From an uncultured delta proteobacterium (GTDB taxonomy: Bacteria; Myxococcota; Myxococcia; Myxococcales; Anaeromyxobacteraceae), in NCBI GenBank assembly GCA_963845515.1, contig CAWJSR010000051.1, positions 1 to 44,709 of the forward strand: a stretch of DNA of 44,709 nt, given 5' to 3'. A program made the translations under genes and the position numbers. The notes under the pieces are model-generated. The model made no database searches. It worked only from the letters and a program-made list of their open reading frames with translations, and was not told the DNA's origin. Position 1 is the stretch's first letter. Each line of letters begins with the position of its first letter. Positions 23,857 to 32,695 of this stretch are shown here, piece by piece.

Positions 23857-24180
23857 CTACGAGGCGATCGGAGGGCGGTACGGCGGCGCTGGCTGGTGGA
23901 TCGACGAGAGGCTCCGGCCCGATGAAACCAGTCCGGGGTCGGCCACCGTGAGGCCGATGCTCGTGCAGACGGGCGGCGTCGCGGCGCACTGGCACGCGCA
24001 GCAACGGCAGTGATCCTCCGTCATGCCGCAGCCGTGCTCGCAGCCCTCGTCGCCCGGGTCGCCGTGGTCGGCGTCCGTCTGGCCGAGGCCGGTGGTCGCA
24101 AGATGGACCGCGGCCTCGACGACTTCGCCGAGGCCGGGCGCCAGCCCGAGTACCAGCCACATGACCAGAAGGAACCGCAT
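23857..24180 (-). CDS. Small His/Cys-rich protein upstream of the efflux operon (CzcI-like position)
   Basis: Signal-like N-terminus, CEHGC..HCRCCACQC, C-terminal PPYRPPI. Confidence 0.6.
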   Translation of the reverse strand: MRFLLVMWLVLGLAPGLGEVVEAAVHLATTGLGQTDADHGDPGDEGCEHGCGMTEDHCRCCACQCAATPPVCTSIGLTVADPGLVSSGRSLSSIHQPAPPYRPPIAS

Positions 24181-24234
24181 CAAGCAGTTTTCATACCCGG
24201 GGGGCGCCAGAGAGCGCAAGCCGGGGTCCCGCAC

Positions 24235-24966
24235 TCAGCGCTTCGGGAGGACGAGCGGCGCCTTCTGCAACCGCTTGAAGTAGAAGCTCTGGCCGTAGAG
24301 GACGGCGACGGGGTTGTGGCCCGTCACGCGATCCTTCACGACGAGGGTCGTGACAGGCGCCTTGGAGTGCTTGGCGAAGAGCGCGTCGTGGCCGACGCAG
24401 AGCCCGACGAGGACGTTCAGGTCGGTCGAGAGCCCATTGAGGATCTCGGCCTGCGCGAGGGGGTTGCACGCAGGCTCGAACGTCCCTGGGCGAACCTTCT
24501 CCTCCTCGGAGATCCCCAGCGCGGCCGCCTTGTCGACGCTCCCCACCTTGCAGCAGACGCTCACCGGCTCGAGCTCCTGCGCGCTCAGGATCTCGGCCAG
24601 CCGGCGGCTCTCCTCGAGGAGCCCTATACAGGTCGCGATCCCGATCCGCCGGTAGCCCATCAGCTTCGCGAAGGCGATGGTGTCCTCGACGCGGGTCCAC
24701 CGGGCGTGGACCGCTCCCCCCTCGGCCCGCTGGTAGCAGAGCCCCTCCACGGTCGCGGCGACGCGAGCCATCCGCGCGTCGCCGCTCCCGTCGAGGTAGC
24801 GGGGGAGCGTTCCGGCGACCGTGCCTGCGTGGGCGCGGGTCGGGCAGTTGCCGGGCGCGGGTGGCGCCTTCGTGGGGTCGGCGCTCCAGCAGCTCGTGGC
24901 GCCCTTCTTGTCCCACACCGCCGCGCAGGTCGCGCAGGACGGGGCGACGGGATCGTTCTCGGCCAT
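24235..24966 (-). CDS. DUF1847 domain Cys-rich putative metal-binding protein
   Basis: TRVEDTIAFAKLMGYRRIGIATCIGL, CCKVG, CNP, GLCVGHD, KDRVTGHNP. Confidence 0.88.
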   Translation of the reverse strand: MAENDPVAPSCATCAAVWDKKGATSCWSADPTKAPPAPGNCPTRAHAGTVAGTLPRYLDGSGDARMARVAATVEGLCYQRAEGGAVHARWTRVEDTIAFAKLMGYRRIGIATCIGLLEESRRLAEILSAQELEPVSVCCKVGSVDKAAALGISEEEKVRPGTFEPACNPLAQAEILNGLSTDLNVLVGLCVGHDALFAKHSKAPVTTLVVKDRVTGHNPVAVLYGQSFYFKRLQKAPLVLPKR

Positions 24967-24996
24967 TGTCGACTCCTGAGCGTCTCTGGGAATCCT

Positions 24997-25623
24997 TCAA
25001 GTGTACGTCGACGGCGTCTTCACGTCCTCACCCGACCAGCTGTAAGCCGCAAGCAGCGGCTCACCGTGCGTCTCCATCGCATGCGAGACGCCCGAGGGGT
25101 GCAGCACGAACGCTCCGGGCGCAGCGCGCGCCGCGCGGCCGCCGGCGCTCCACGTCGCCGTCCCGGAGATGACGTAGTAGAGCTCGATCGCCGGGTGCCG
25201 GTGTTCGGGGTAGAGCGTGTGAGGAGCGATGAGGGTCAGGCCGAGGCAGACGGCGTCGCTCCGGCATGGCGCGTCCGGACCCACGAGCTCGGCGAACGCG
25301 ACCCGGTCGCCGAGGTCGGGCGCGTCCTCCCGACGCGCGTAGCCGTACCGCCAGGGGAGGTGGTCGCCGAGCTCTCTCAGCTCCGCGACGGCATCGTTGG
25401 CGTGGGGATGGGGCTCGCCGAGCGCGGGCGCCAGGTGTCGTACGACGGGATGATCGCTCGGGGTGAGGAGCCCGTGCGTCGGAGGGATCCCGCGCAGGAG
25501 CCAGAGCACCCTGCGGATCTCGTCCTCGACGGCGGGACTGGCCGCGACGCGGCGAGCGTAGGCCGTCAGGATCGCCCCCACGAGCCCGAGCGTGCGCGCG
25601 GCGTCGAACCCGCCGTCCTTCAC
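24997..25623 (-). CDS. DMSP-lyase-like cupin (DddQ/DddL-related family)
   Basis: LPWRYGY, AELVGP, GLTLIAPHTLYPEHRHPAIELYYVISG, HPSGVSHAM..PLLAAYSW; GTGA overlap with the upstream gene. Confidence 0.75.
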   Translation of the reverse strand: MKDGGFDAARTLGLVGAILTAYARRVAASPAVEDEIRRVLWLLRGIPPTHGLLTPSDHPVVRHLAPALGEPHPHANDAVAELRELGDHLPWRYGYARREDAPDLGDRVAFAELVGPDAPCRSDAVCLGLTLIAPHTLYPEHRHPAIELYYVISGTATWSAGGRAARAAPGAFVLHPSGVSHAMETHGEPLLAAYSWSGEDVKTPSTYT

Positions 25624-26618
25624 CTGGGCACCGACTTCAGCACGACGGCGGTGTGGCCGATCCTCTCGCCGGCCTCGAAGGCCTCCCACGCACGCACGGC
25701 GTCGAGCCGCTCGGGGGCCAGGGAGCGCTCGAGCTCGAGCGCGTTCCTCCCCGACGTGGCGAGGTCCGTCGACTCGAACCGCTCCCGCAGGAGCTCGGCC
25801 CGATAGAAGTGGAACGGGCCGAAGCCATCGCGCTGCCTGCGCGCGTGATCCCGGATGACGCTCTCGGCCTCTGCCTGCACCTTCCACGTGTAGGTGAGGA
25901 AGGAGCCCGAGTAGCCGGCCGCCTCGCTCATCTGGAGGAAGACCTCGAGTGGGACGCGCGCGCCCAGCGTGGAGAGGACCACCCCACCCGGCGCCAGGAA
26001 CTCCCGCGCCTGCTGGAGCGCGATGAAGTGCAGGTCGAGCATCTGCTGCGACACGAGCGGCGGGACCGCCTCCGCCCTCGGCGGTACGTGCGTGGAGCTC
26101 GTGCGATCCGCCGCGACCTCCTCGACGCTCGCGGCAGGCACGTTGGGGAGGTTCTCGTAGATGACGTCGTAGCGCGCTGCGAACCTGCGAAGCGGCTCGA
26201 GGAGGTCCCCGGCCCCCGCCTCGACGACCAGCGGCGCTGCGCCGGCGTGGTTCCGCTCGACGTTCTCCACCGCCGCTGCGACCACGTCGTCGTGCACGTC
26301 GGTCAGCCCGACCCGCGACGGACCGAAGATCTCGATCCCACCGAGGACGTCCAGCCCCGAGCCCGTCCCGATGGAGCAGAAGGACCTCACCGGCGCTCCT
26401 CCACGCTCGTCGCGGAGCAGACGGAACGCGGGGACCGCGACGTGGGAGACCCAGTCGCCGGCGAGGTCGTCGAGCCGCGGCAGGAAGCAGTGCTCACTGA
26501 CCTTGATCGCGAGCTCCCGCTTCACGCGCTGCGGGCGCGGCTCCCCCAGGTAGATCGAAGCGTCGATGCGGAGCTCCTCGAGGGCGCCGGTGCGCTCGCA
26601 GCCAGGGCAGCCCGTCAC
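25620..26618 (-). CDS. Class I SAM-dependent methyltransferase resembling methionine S-methyltransferase (MMT/MmtN)
   Basis: FLP..DW, SIGTGSG, TDVH, GDLL, DVIYENLPNV, LAPGGVVLSTLGAR, KVQA, FHFY, AVRAWEAFEAGERIGH; GTGA overlap with metY. Confidence 0.65.
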   Translation of the reverse strand: MTGCPGCERTGALEELRIDASIYLGEPRPQRVKRELAIKVSEHCFLPRLDDLAGDWVSHVAVPAFRLLRDERGGAPVRSFCSIGTGSGLDVLGGIEIFGPSRVGLTDVHDDVVAAAVENVERNHAGAAPLVVEAGAGDLLEPLRRFAARYDVIYENLPNVPAASVEEVAADRTSSTHVPPRAEAVPPLVSQQMLDLHFIALQQAREFLAPGGVVLSTLGARVPLEVFLQMSEAAGYSGSFLTYTWKVQAEAESVIRDHARRQRDGFGPFHFYRAELLRERFESTDLATSGRNALELERSLAPERLDAVRAWEAFEAGERIGHTAVVLKSVPR

Positions 26619-27940
26619 GCGAGCTCCTTCGCGGCCTGCGAGCCATCGGCCGCATCGACTGCGTCCATGCTCCTCAGCGCCTGCTCGAAGTCGGCGACGA
26701 TGTCCTCTGGCTCCTCGATCCCGACGGAGACCCGGATCATGTCGGGCGAGATCCCGGCGCTGCGCTGCTGCTCGGGGTTGAGCTGCGCGTGGGTGCTCGA
26801 CGCTGGGTGGAGCACGCAGGTGCGCGCATCGCCGATGTGGACGACCAGGGCTGCGACCTTGAGGCACTTCACGAACCGCCTCGTCGCCTGCAGGTCACCC
26901 TTCAGTCCGAAGGTCAGGATCCCGCTCCCCTCCTCCTTCGAGAAGTAGCGCCGGATCCGCTCCCGCTGGGGGCTGCCCTCCAGCCCCGGGTAGACCACCC
27001 AGCTCACCTTCGGGTGTGACTCCAGGAACCGCGCCAGCGCCAGCGCGTTCTTCGAGTGCTGCGGCATGCGCAGGTGGAGCGTCTCGAGCCCGAGGTTGAA
27101 GATGAAGGCGTTGAACGGGCTGAGGCACGCCCCGTAGTCGCGAAGGTACTGCGCGCGCGCCTTCCAGATGAACGCGGCGTTCTTGAACTGCTCCACGTAC
27201 CGGACGCCGTTGTAGGTCGGGTCGGGCTCGGTGAACTCGGGGAACTTCCCGTTCCCCCAGTCGTAGGTGCCGCCGTCGATCACCACGCCCCCGAGGCTCG
27301 TCGCGTGGCCGTCGATGTACTTGGTCGCCGAGTGGGTGACGACGTGCGCGCCGAGGTCGAAGGGGGTGCAGAGGTGCGGCGTGGCGAGCGTGTTGTCGAC
27401 GACGAAGGGCACGTCGAAGCGCCTCGAGAGCGCCGCGAACTTCGCGAAGTCGAGGATGTCGAGCCCCGGGTTCCCGATCGTCTCGCCGAAGAGCACCTTC
27501 GTGTTGGGCTTGAAGGCCCTCCGCAGCTCCTCCTCGGGCGCCTCGGCGTCGACGAAGGTGACGTCGATGCCGAGCTTGCGGAACTTGCTGTCGAAGAGCG
27601 TGTAGGTCCCGCCGTAGATCGTCGAGGCCGAGACGACGTGGTCGCCCGGGTTGCAGATGTTCTGGATCGCGAGGACGGTGGCCGCCTGTCCCGACGCGAG
27701 CGCGACGGCGCCGACGCCGCCCTCGAGCTGGCTGATCTTGAGCTCGAACGCGCTGACGGTCGGATTCCCGGTGCGCGTGTACTTGTAGCCGACCTCCTTC
27801 AGCGCGAAGAGCCGCTCCACCTGCTCGATGTCCTCGTACTTGTAGGTCGTGGACTGGAAGATGGGCAGCACGCGGGGCTCGCCCGGCTTCGGGGAGTACC
27901 CCCCCTGCACGCAGATCGTTCCCTTCTTCCAGGCGGTCAT
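26615..27940 (-). CDS. metY: O-acetylhomoserine sulfhydrylase (aminocarboxypropyltransferase)
   Basis: PIFQSTTY, YTRTGNPT, SGQAA, ETIGNP, DNTLATP, HSATKYIDGH (PLP Lys), HIGDART..HPASSTH, RVSVGIE. Confidence 0.92.
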   Translation of the reverse strand: MTAWKKGTICVQGGYSPKPGEPRVLPIFQSTTYKYEDIEQVERLFALKEVGYKYTRTGNPTVSAFELKISQLEGGVGAVALASGQAATVLAIQNICNPGDHVVSASTIYGGTYTLFDSKFRKLGIDVTFVDAEAPEEELRRAFKPNTKVLFGETIGNPGLDILDFAKFAALSRRFDVPFVVDNTLATPHLCTPFDLGAHVVTHSATKYIDGHATSLGGVVIDGGTYDWGNGKFPEFTEPDPTYNGVRYVEQFKNAAFIWKARAQYLRDYGACLSPFNAFIFNLGLETLHLRMPQHSKNALALARFLESHPKVSWVVYPGLEGSPQRERIRRYFSKEEGSGILTFGLKGDLQATRRFVKCLKVAALVVHIGDARTCVLHPASSTHAQLNPEQQRSAGISPDMIRVSVGIEEPEDIVADFEQALRSMDAVDAADGSQAAKELA

Positions 27941-29022
27941 CGGCTGGGCTCCTTTGGGTTGGGACTAGTGACGGCGTGCGCGGCCTCGACCATCGCCTTC
28001 ACGTTCTCCAGGGGCACGGTGGGAGGGATGTCGCAGCCCGGCATCAACAGGAAGCCGGGGCCGGGGCCGGCGGCGCGGATGCACTCGAGGCAGGCGGCCG
28101 CCACGCCCGAGGGGGTCTGCCGCTGCAGGATCGCGACCGGGTCCATGTTGCCGGCGAGCGCGAGCTGGCCGTCCAGCAGCTCCCGTGCCCTGGAGAGATC
28201 GACCTTGTAGTCGACCGACATGATCTGTGCGCCGGTCTCGCGGATCAGATCGAGGCGCGCGGTCGAGTTGCCACAGATGTGGATCGTGACGTCGACGCCC
28301 CGCGCCCTGATCCTGGCTGCCACCCGCTTCAGGTACGGCAGGGAGAACTCGACGAACTGCTCGCGAGAGATCATGTCCCCCGAGGACGAAGGGTCCGCGA
28401 GCGAGATCATGGTCACGCCGGCGTCGATGAAGGGCTCCAGGAACTCGAAGCAGAGCTCGGCCGCGAAGTCGAGGACGGCGTGGACGGCGGGCTTGTCCTT
28501 GAAGATGGCCCTCATGAGCCGCTCCGCGCCGAAGGCGAGCGCCCCCAGCGTGAACGGAGCCCACTGGCTCGTCCCGACGACGGTGCGATCGCCGATGCTC
28601 TTCGAGAGGATGCGAGCCGCCTCCACCAGCACCTCGACGCCGACGTCCTCTCGCACCCGCGCGACCCGGATCCGCTCGGTGTCGGCTGGAGCCCGCAGCA
28701 GCGGCTCGATGACGTCCGGCGTCCCCTTGGCGCGGAACTTGATCGCTCCCCCCACGCCACGAAGGGCCAGGTTGTGGTACCCGGAGCCGGGCCACACGAT
28801 GTCGCAGCCGACGCGCTCGTTCGTGTCGACGACGACCTCCGCGAACCGCTGCGGGCCGGCCGCGAGGGCCTGCTCGAGCGTCAGGCCGCCCTGGTTGAAC
28901 GTCCACGCCCCCGCCGAGAGGAGCGACACCGGCAGCCTGGGTGTCGGCTCCAGGGCGACGAGCCTCCGGATGATCTCGCGGGACGTCAGCGGGTCCGTGG
29001 TAGTAGGCCGTGTCTCCGTCAT
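27937..29022 (-). CDS. MtaA/CmuA-like methylcobamide:thiol methyltransferase (URO-D fold) #1
   Basis: APFTLG, ADPSSSGDMISR, HICG, GNMDP, MPGCDIP (H-x-C...C Zn motif). Confidence 0.85.
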   Translation of the reverse strand: MTETRPTTTDPLTSREIIRRLVALEPTPRLPVSLLSAGAWTFNQGGLTLEQALAAGPQRFAEVVVDTNERVGCDIVWPGSGYHNLALRGVGGAIKFRAKGTPDVIEPLLRAPADTERIRVARVREDVGVEVLVEAARILSKSIGDRTVVGTSQWAPFTLGALAFGAERLMRAIFKDKPAVHAVLDFAAELCFEFLEPFIDAGVTMISLADPSSSGDMISREQFVEFSLPYLKRVAARIRARGVDVTIHICGNSTARLDLIRETGAQIMSVDYKVDLSRARELLDGQLALAGNMDPVAILQRQTPSGVAAACLECIRAAGPGPGFLLMPGCDIPPTVPLENVKAMVEAAHAVTSPNPKEPSR

Positions 29023-29182
29023 ACCGGAGCCGCTATAGCAGACACGTGACCGTCGGACAATCCGGCCCGAGCGTGGCGCTGGCGAGCCTCACCGGGCGGG
29101 TCACGTCGCTCTCGCCAGCCATCGGCGGCCTCACGGCGCGCCTCCCCGACTTCACGCCTCGCTCCCGCGCCGGCGGATCGGC

Positions 29183-29239
29183 GTCCGCTTGACCGGAGCG
29201 CTGGCTGCCATCTAGGATGCGTCATCCGGTATGACGGAC
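29183..29239 (+). promoter_or_regulatory. Promoter/operator upstream of the corrinoid operon
   Basis: GTCCGCTTGACC-18nt-TAGGAT-GCGT followed by ATCCGGTATGACGGAC; both elements recur at 34633-34737. Confidence 0.6.
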
Positions 29240-29281
29240 GGCCCGGCAGGGCTGGCCGCGCCACTCACCTCGAGGAAGATC

Positions 29282-29947
29282 ATGTCTGGGGACAAGGAAG
29301 CCCTGTTCGAGCGGCTCTCGCACTCGGTGCTGGAGATGGACGAGGACGCCGTTCGGCGCACCGCCGAGGAGGTCATCGCCCGCGGGTTGGACGCCTACGA
29401 GGCGATCGAGCGCGGGCTCGTGGACGGAATGAACAAGGCGGGCCTGCGCTTCGACGCGGAGGAGTACTTCGTCCCCGAGCTGCTCGTGTGCTCGGACGCG
29501 ATGTACGCGGGGATCGAGCTCCTGCGGCCGCACATCCGGGCTGCCGACCGTACCGAGCGCATCCGGATCGTCATCGGTGTGGTGGAGGGGGACACGCACG
29601 ACATCGGCAAGAACCTGGTGCGCATCCTCCTCGAGGCCTCCGGCTTCGAGGTCATCGACCTCGGGCGGGACGTTCCGGTCAGGAAGTTCGTCGACACCGC
29701 CATCGAGCAGCAGGCGCGGGTGATCGCGCTCTCCACGCTCATGACCACGACGATGGAGGGGATGGCCGAGGTGGTGCGCGTCCTCCGGGCCGAGAACCTG
29801 CGCGACCGGATCAAGGTGATCGTCGGAGGCGGCCCCGTCTCCCAGCAGTTTGCGGACAAGATCGGCGCAGACGGCTACTCGGCGAAGGCCGCCGAGGCGG
29901 TCCAGCTCGTGCGGCGTCTCGTGTCGCAGGCAGGAGCAGCGGCGTGA
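29282..29947 (+). CDS. Corrinoid (B12-binding) methyl-carrier protein, MtaC/MtbC-like
   Basis: GLVDGM..EYFVPELL, VEGDTHDIGKNLV (DxHxxG), DLGRDVP, STLMTTT, VGGGP, IGADGY. Confidence 0.93.
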   Translation: MSGDKEALFERLSHSVLEMDEDAVRRTAEEVIARGLDAYEAIERGLVDGMNKAGLRFDAEEYFVPELLVCSDAMYAGIELLRPHIRAADRTERIRIVIGVVEGDTHDIGKNLVRILLEASGFEVIDLGRDVPVRKFVDTAIEQQARVIALSTLMTTTMEGMAEVVRVLRAENLRDRIKVIVGGGPVSQQFADKIGADGYSAKAAEAVQLVRRLVSQAGAAA

Positions 29948-30963
29948 GCGAGGCCGCTCCCAGGGAGCGCCTGCTCCGGGTCCTGGGGCGCAAGACGGTC
30001 GACCGTCCGCCCGGCATCTGCATGGGCGGGATGATGAACGCCGCCATCGTGGACGTCATGAAGGAGACGGGTCACACGCTCCCGCGCGCCCACACCGACG
30101 CGGCGGAGATGGCGGCGCTCGCCGAGGACGTGCACCGCGCCACCGGCTTCGAGAACCTGGGCGTCCCGTTCTGCATGACGGTGGAGCCAGAGCTCCTCGG
30201 GAGTGAGGTCGACCTCGGAACGCTCGAGTGCGAGCCGAAGGTGGCGCGCGAGGCCTTCGCCTCGGTCGAGCAGGTCGTGTACCGCGACGTCGAGCCGCTC
30301 GCCCGCAGCGGGCGGATCGCCACGGTGGTCGAGTCGGCGACGCTGCTCGCGCGCCGCAACCCCGACGTGCCCGTGATCGCGAGCCTCACCGGGCCGGTGA
30401 GCACCGCAGCGTCCATCGTCGATCCCATGTGCTTCCTGAAGGAGCTGCGCAAGCGCCGTGAGGCCGCGCACCGCGTGATGGACTACGTCACGCGCTTCCT
30501 CGTTGAGTACGCGAAGGCGGTGGCGGAGGCCGGCGCGGACGTCATCGCCATCGGCGATCCGACGGCGACCGGTGAGATCCTCGGGCCGCAGCTCTTCGAC
30601 GAGTTCGCGGTGCGGTACCTCAACGACCTCACCGACGCGGTGCACCGCGTCGGCAAGCCCGTCATCGTCCACATCTGCGGCGACATGAGCCGCAGCCGTG
30701 CGCTCCTTCCGAAGCTCCATGCCGATGCCGTCAGCGCGGACGCGCAGGTGAGCCTGCGTGCCCTCAAGTCGGACTTCGGGCTGACCACGATGGGTAACGT
30801 CAGCACCTACCTGCTCCAGTTCGGTGACGCCGAGCGCGTCTCCAGGAACACGGTCCGGCTCGTCGAGGAGGGGGTCGACATCATCGCGCCCGCGTGCGGG
30901 CTGAGCACGTCCACCGCCCTGGGCAACATCCGGGCGCTGACCGGCGCCGTGAAGGGAGCCTGA
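29944..30963 (+). CDS. MtaA-like methylcobamide:thiol methyltransferase #2
   Basis: PFCMTVE, TGPVSTA, GDPTATGEILGP, HICG, GNVST, APACGLS; GTGA overlap. Confidence 0.88.
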   Translation: MSEAAPRERLLRVLGRKTVDRPPGICMGGMMNAAIVDVMKETGHTLPRAHTDAAEMAALAEDVHRATGFENLGVPFCMTVEPELLGSEVDLGTLECEPKVAREAFASVEQVVYRDVEPLARSGRIATVVESATLLARRNPDVPVIASLTGPVSTAASIVDPMCFLKELRKRREAAHRVMDYVTRFLVEYAKAVAEAGADVIAIGDPTATGEILGPQLFDEFAVRYLNDLTDAVHRVGKPVIVHICGDMSRSRALLPKLHADAVSADAQVSLRALKSDFGLTTMGNVSTYLLQFGDAERVSRNTVRLVEEGVDIIAPACGLSTSTALGNIRALTGAVKGA

Positions 30964-30969
30964 GCCACC

Positions 30970-32667
30970 ATGCCGCGCGTGGAGTTCCTGCCTGGCGGGG
31001 TCGTCGTGGAGGTCGCCGAGGGGACGACGCTGCTCGAGGCGGCTCGCCGGGGTGGCGTCCGCGTCGAGGCGCCCTGCAACGGCGCCGGCACCTGCGGCAA
31101 GTGCAAGGCGGAGGTCGCGGATGGGCTCGAGCGGCTGCGCCTGTTCCCGCGCGCGGAGCCGTCCGCGGAGGACCGGGTCGAGCGCCGCGTCCTGCTCTGC
31201 TGCGCCTCCGTGCGAGGAGACGTCCGGGTGGTGCTGCCCGTAGCGGCGGCGACGACGGGCCTGCAGATCCTCGCGGGGGGGAGCGGCGTCGAGCTGCCCC
31301 TGGACCCGTGGATCCGCAAGCGTCACGACGCCGCCACCCGGCGTACGTTCGTGGAGGCAGGCGGCGCCGTGATCGCCGAGGAGGCTGGCGACACGACGGC
31401 GCGCGCGCTCGGCGTCGCCGTCGACGTTGGCACGACCACGCTCGTCGCGGCGCTCGTCGACCTCCTCAGCGGCGCGGAGCTCGGCGCGACGACTGCCCTC
31501 AACCCTCAGGCGACCCACGCGCAGGACGTCCTCTCCCGGATCCAACTCGGCAGCACGCCGGAGGGGCTGGCGCTGCTCCACGGCGAGCTGATGAGCGAGA
31601 TCGACCGGATGGTCGGCGAGCTCACCCGCGCCGCCCGCGTCCCCCGCCGGCGCGTGTACGAGGTGGTGCTGAGCGGCAACACGTGCATGCTCCACCTGGC
31701 GGCAGGGGTCGATCCGAGGGGGCTCGGTCGCCACCCTTACACGCCCATCGTGACGGGGGGCGTGCACCTGCAGGCCTCGGACGTCGGCCTGACGATCGCG
31801 CGCTCCGGCCTGGTCTGGCTTCCGCCGATCATCTCCGGTTACGTGGGAGCGGACATCACCGCAGGGATCCTCTCCACCGGCCTAGCGCACCGGCCCGGCG
31901 TCTCGCTCTTCGTCGACGTCGGGACCAACGGCGAGATGGTGCTTGCCGTCGATGGCGTCCTGAGCGCGACCTCGACCGCGGCCGGCCCTGCGTTCGAGGG
32001 GATGAACATCGCCTACGGAATGCGCGCGGCGCCCGGTGCCGTCGAGCGGTTCACCATCGAAGAGGGCGACGTCCGGATCGAGACGATCGGGGGCAAGCCT
32101 GCCGTCGGGATCTGCGGCAGCGGCCTGCTCGACGCGGTGGGAGAGCTCGCCGCGCACGGTGTGCTCGACGCGAGCGGCCGCTTCACGCGGACACCGGAGG
32201 CGCTGCCCCCCGGGATCGCCGCCCGGATCGAGGCGCGAGACGGGACGAAGGTCTTCAGGATCGCCGGCGACGTCCACCTGACGCAGAAGGACGTCCGACA
32301 GGTCCAGCTCGCGAAGGGTGCCGTACGGGCGGGTGTCGACCTCCTGCTCCGCTCGGCGGCGCTCGGACCGCGCGACGTCGACCGTGCGCTCATAGCGGGA
32401 TCCTTCGGCTATCACCTGCGCACGCGCAGCCTGCTGGACCTCGGGCTCTTCCCTGCAGAGCTGGCCGGCAGGGTCACCTACGTCGGAAACACCTCGCAGA
32501 CTGGGGCGCGGGCGCTGCTCCTCAACCGCGACGCGCGGGCCGAGCTCTCCGACCTCGCGAAGCGCGTGACGGTGGTCGAGCTGGCCAACGATCCCGGCTT
32601 CCAGAAGGCCTTCGTCGGCGCCCTCGCGTTTCCAGGCTCGGCGCCGTGGAGAGCGTCCGCGGCGTGA
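30970..32667 (+). CDS. ASKHA-domain reductive activator of corrinoid proteins (RACo) with N-terminal 2Fe-2S domain
   Basis: CNGAGTCGKC..C, DVGTTT, GNTCM, YVGADITAG, DVGTNGE, AAGPAFEG, GICGSG, QLAKGA, AGSFG, VGN. Confidence 0.92.
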   Translation: MPRVEFLPGGVVVEVAEGTTLLEAARRGGVRVEAPCNGAGTCGKCKAEVADGLERLRLFPRAEPSAEDRVERRVLLCCASVRGDVRVVLPVAAATTGLQILAGGSGVELPLDPWIRKRHDAATRRTFVEAGGAVIAEEAGDTTARALGVAVDVGTTTLVAALVDLLSGAELGATTALNPQATHAQDVLSRIQLGSTPEGLALLHGELMSEIDRMVGELTRAARVPRRRVYEVVLSGNTCMLHLAAGVDPRGLGRHPYTPIVTGGVHLQASDVGLTIARSGLVWLPPIISGYVGADITAGILSTGLAHRPGVSLFVDVGTNGEMVLAVDGVLSATSTAAGPAFEGMNIAYGMRAAPGAVERFTIEEGDVRIETIGGKPAVGICGSGLLDAVGELAAHGVLDASGRFTRTPEALPPGIAARIEARDGTKVFRIAGDVHLTQKDVRQVQLAKGAVRAGVDLLLRSAALGPRDVDRALIAGSFGYHLRTRSLLDLGLFPAELAGRVTYVGNTSQTGARALLLNRDARAELSDLAKRVTVVELANDPGFQKAFVGALAFPGSAPWRASAA

Positions 32668-32695
32668 CAGGGGCGGCCGCGCATCGGGAGACGAC

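Noticed and set aside
29023..29281. Cobalamin or SAM riboswitch in the methyl-sulfur cluster leaders
   Set aside because: No B12-box or S-box consensus recognised; DNA-level motifs explain the conserved elements better
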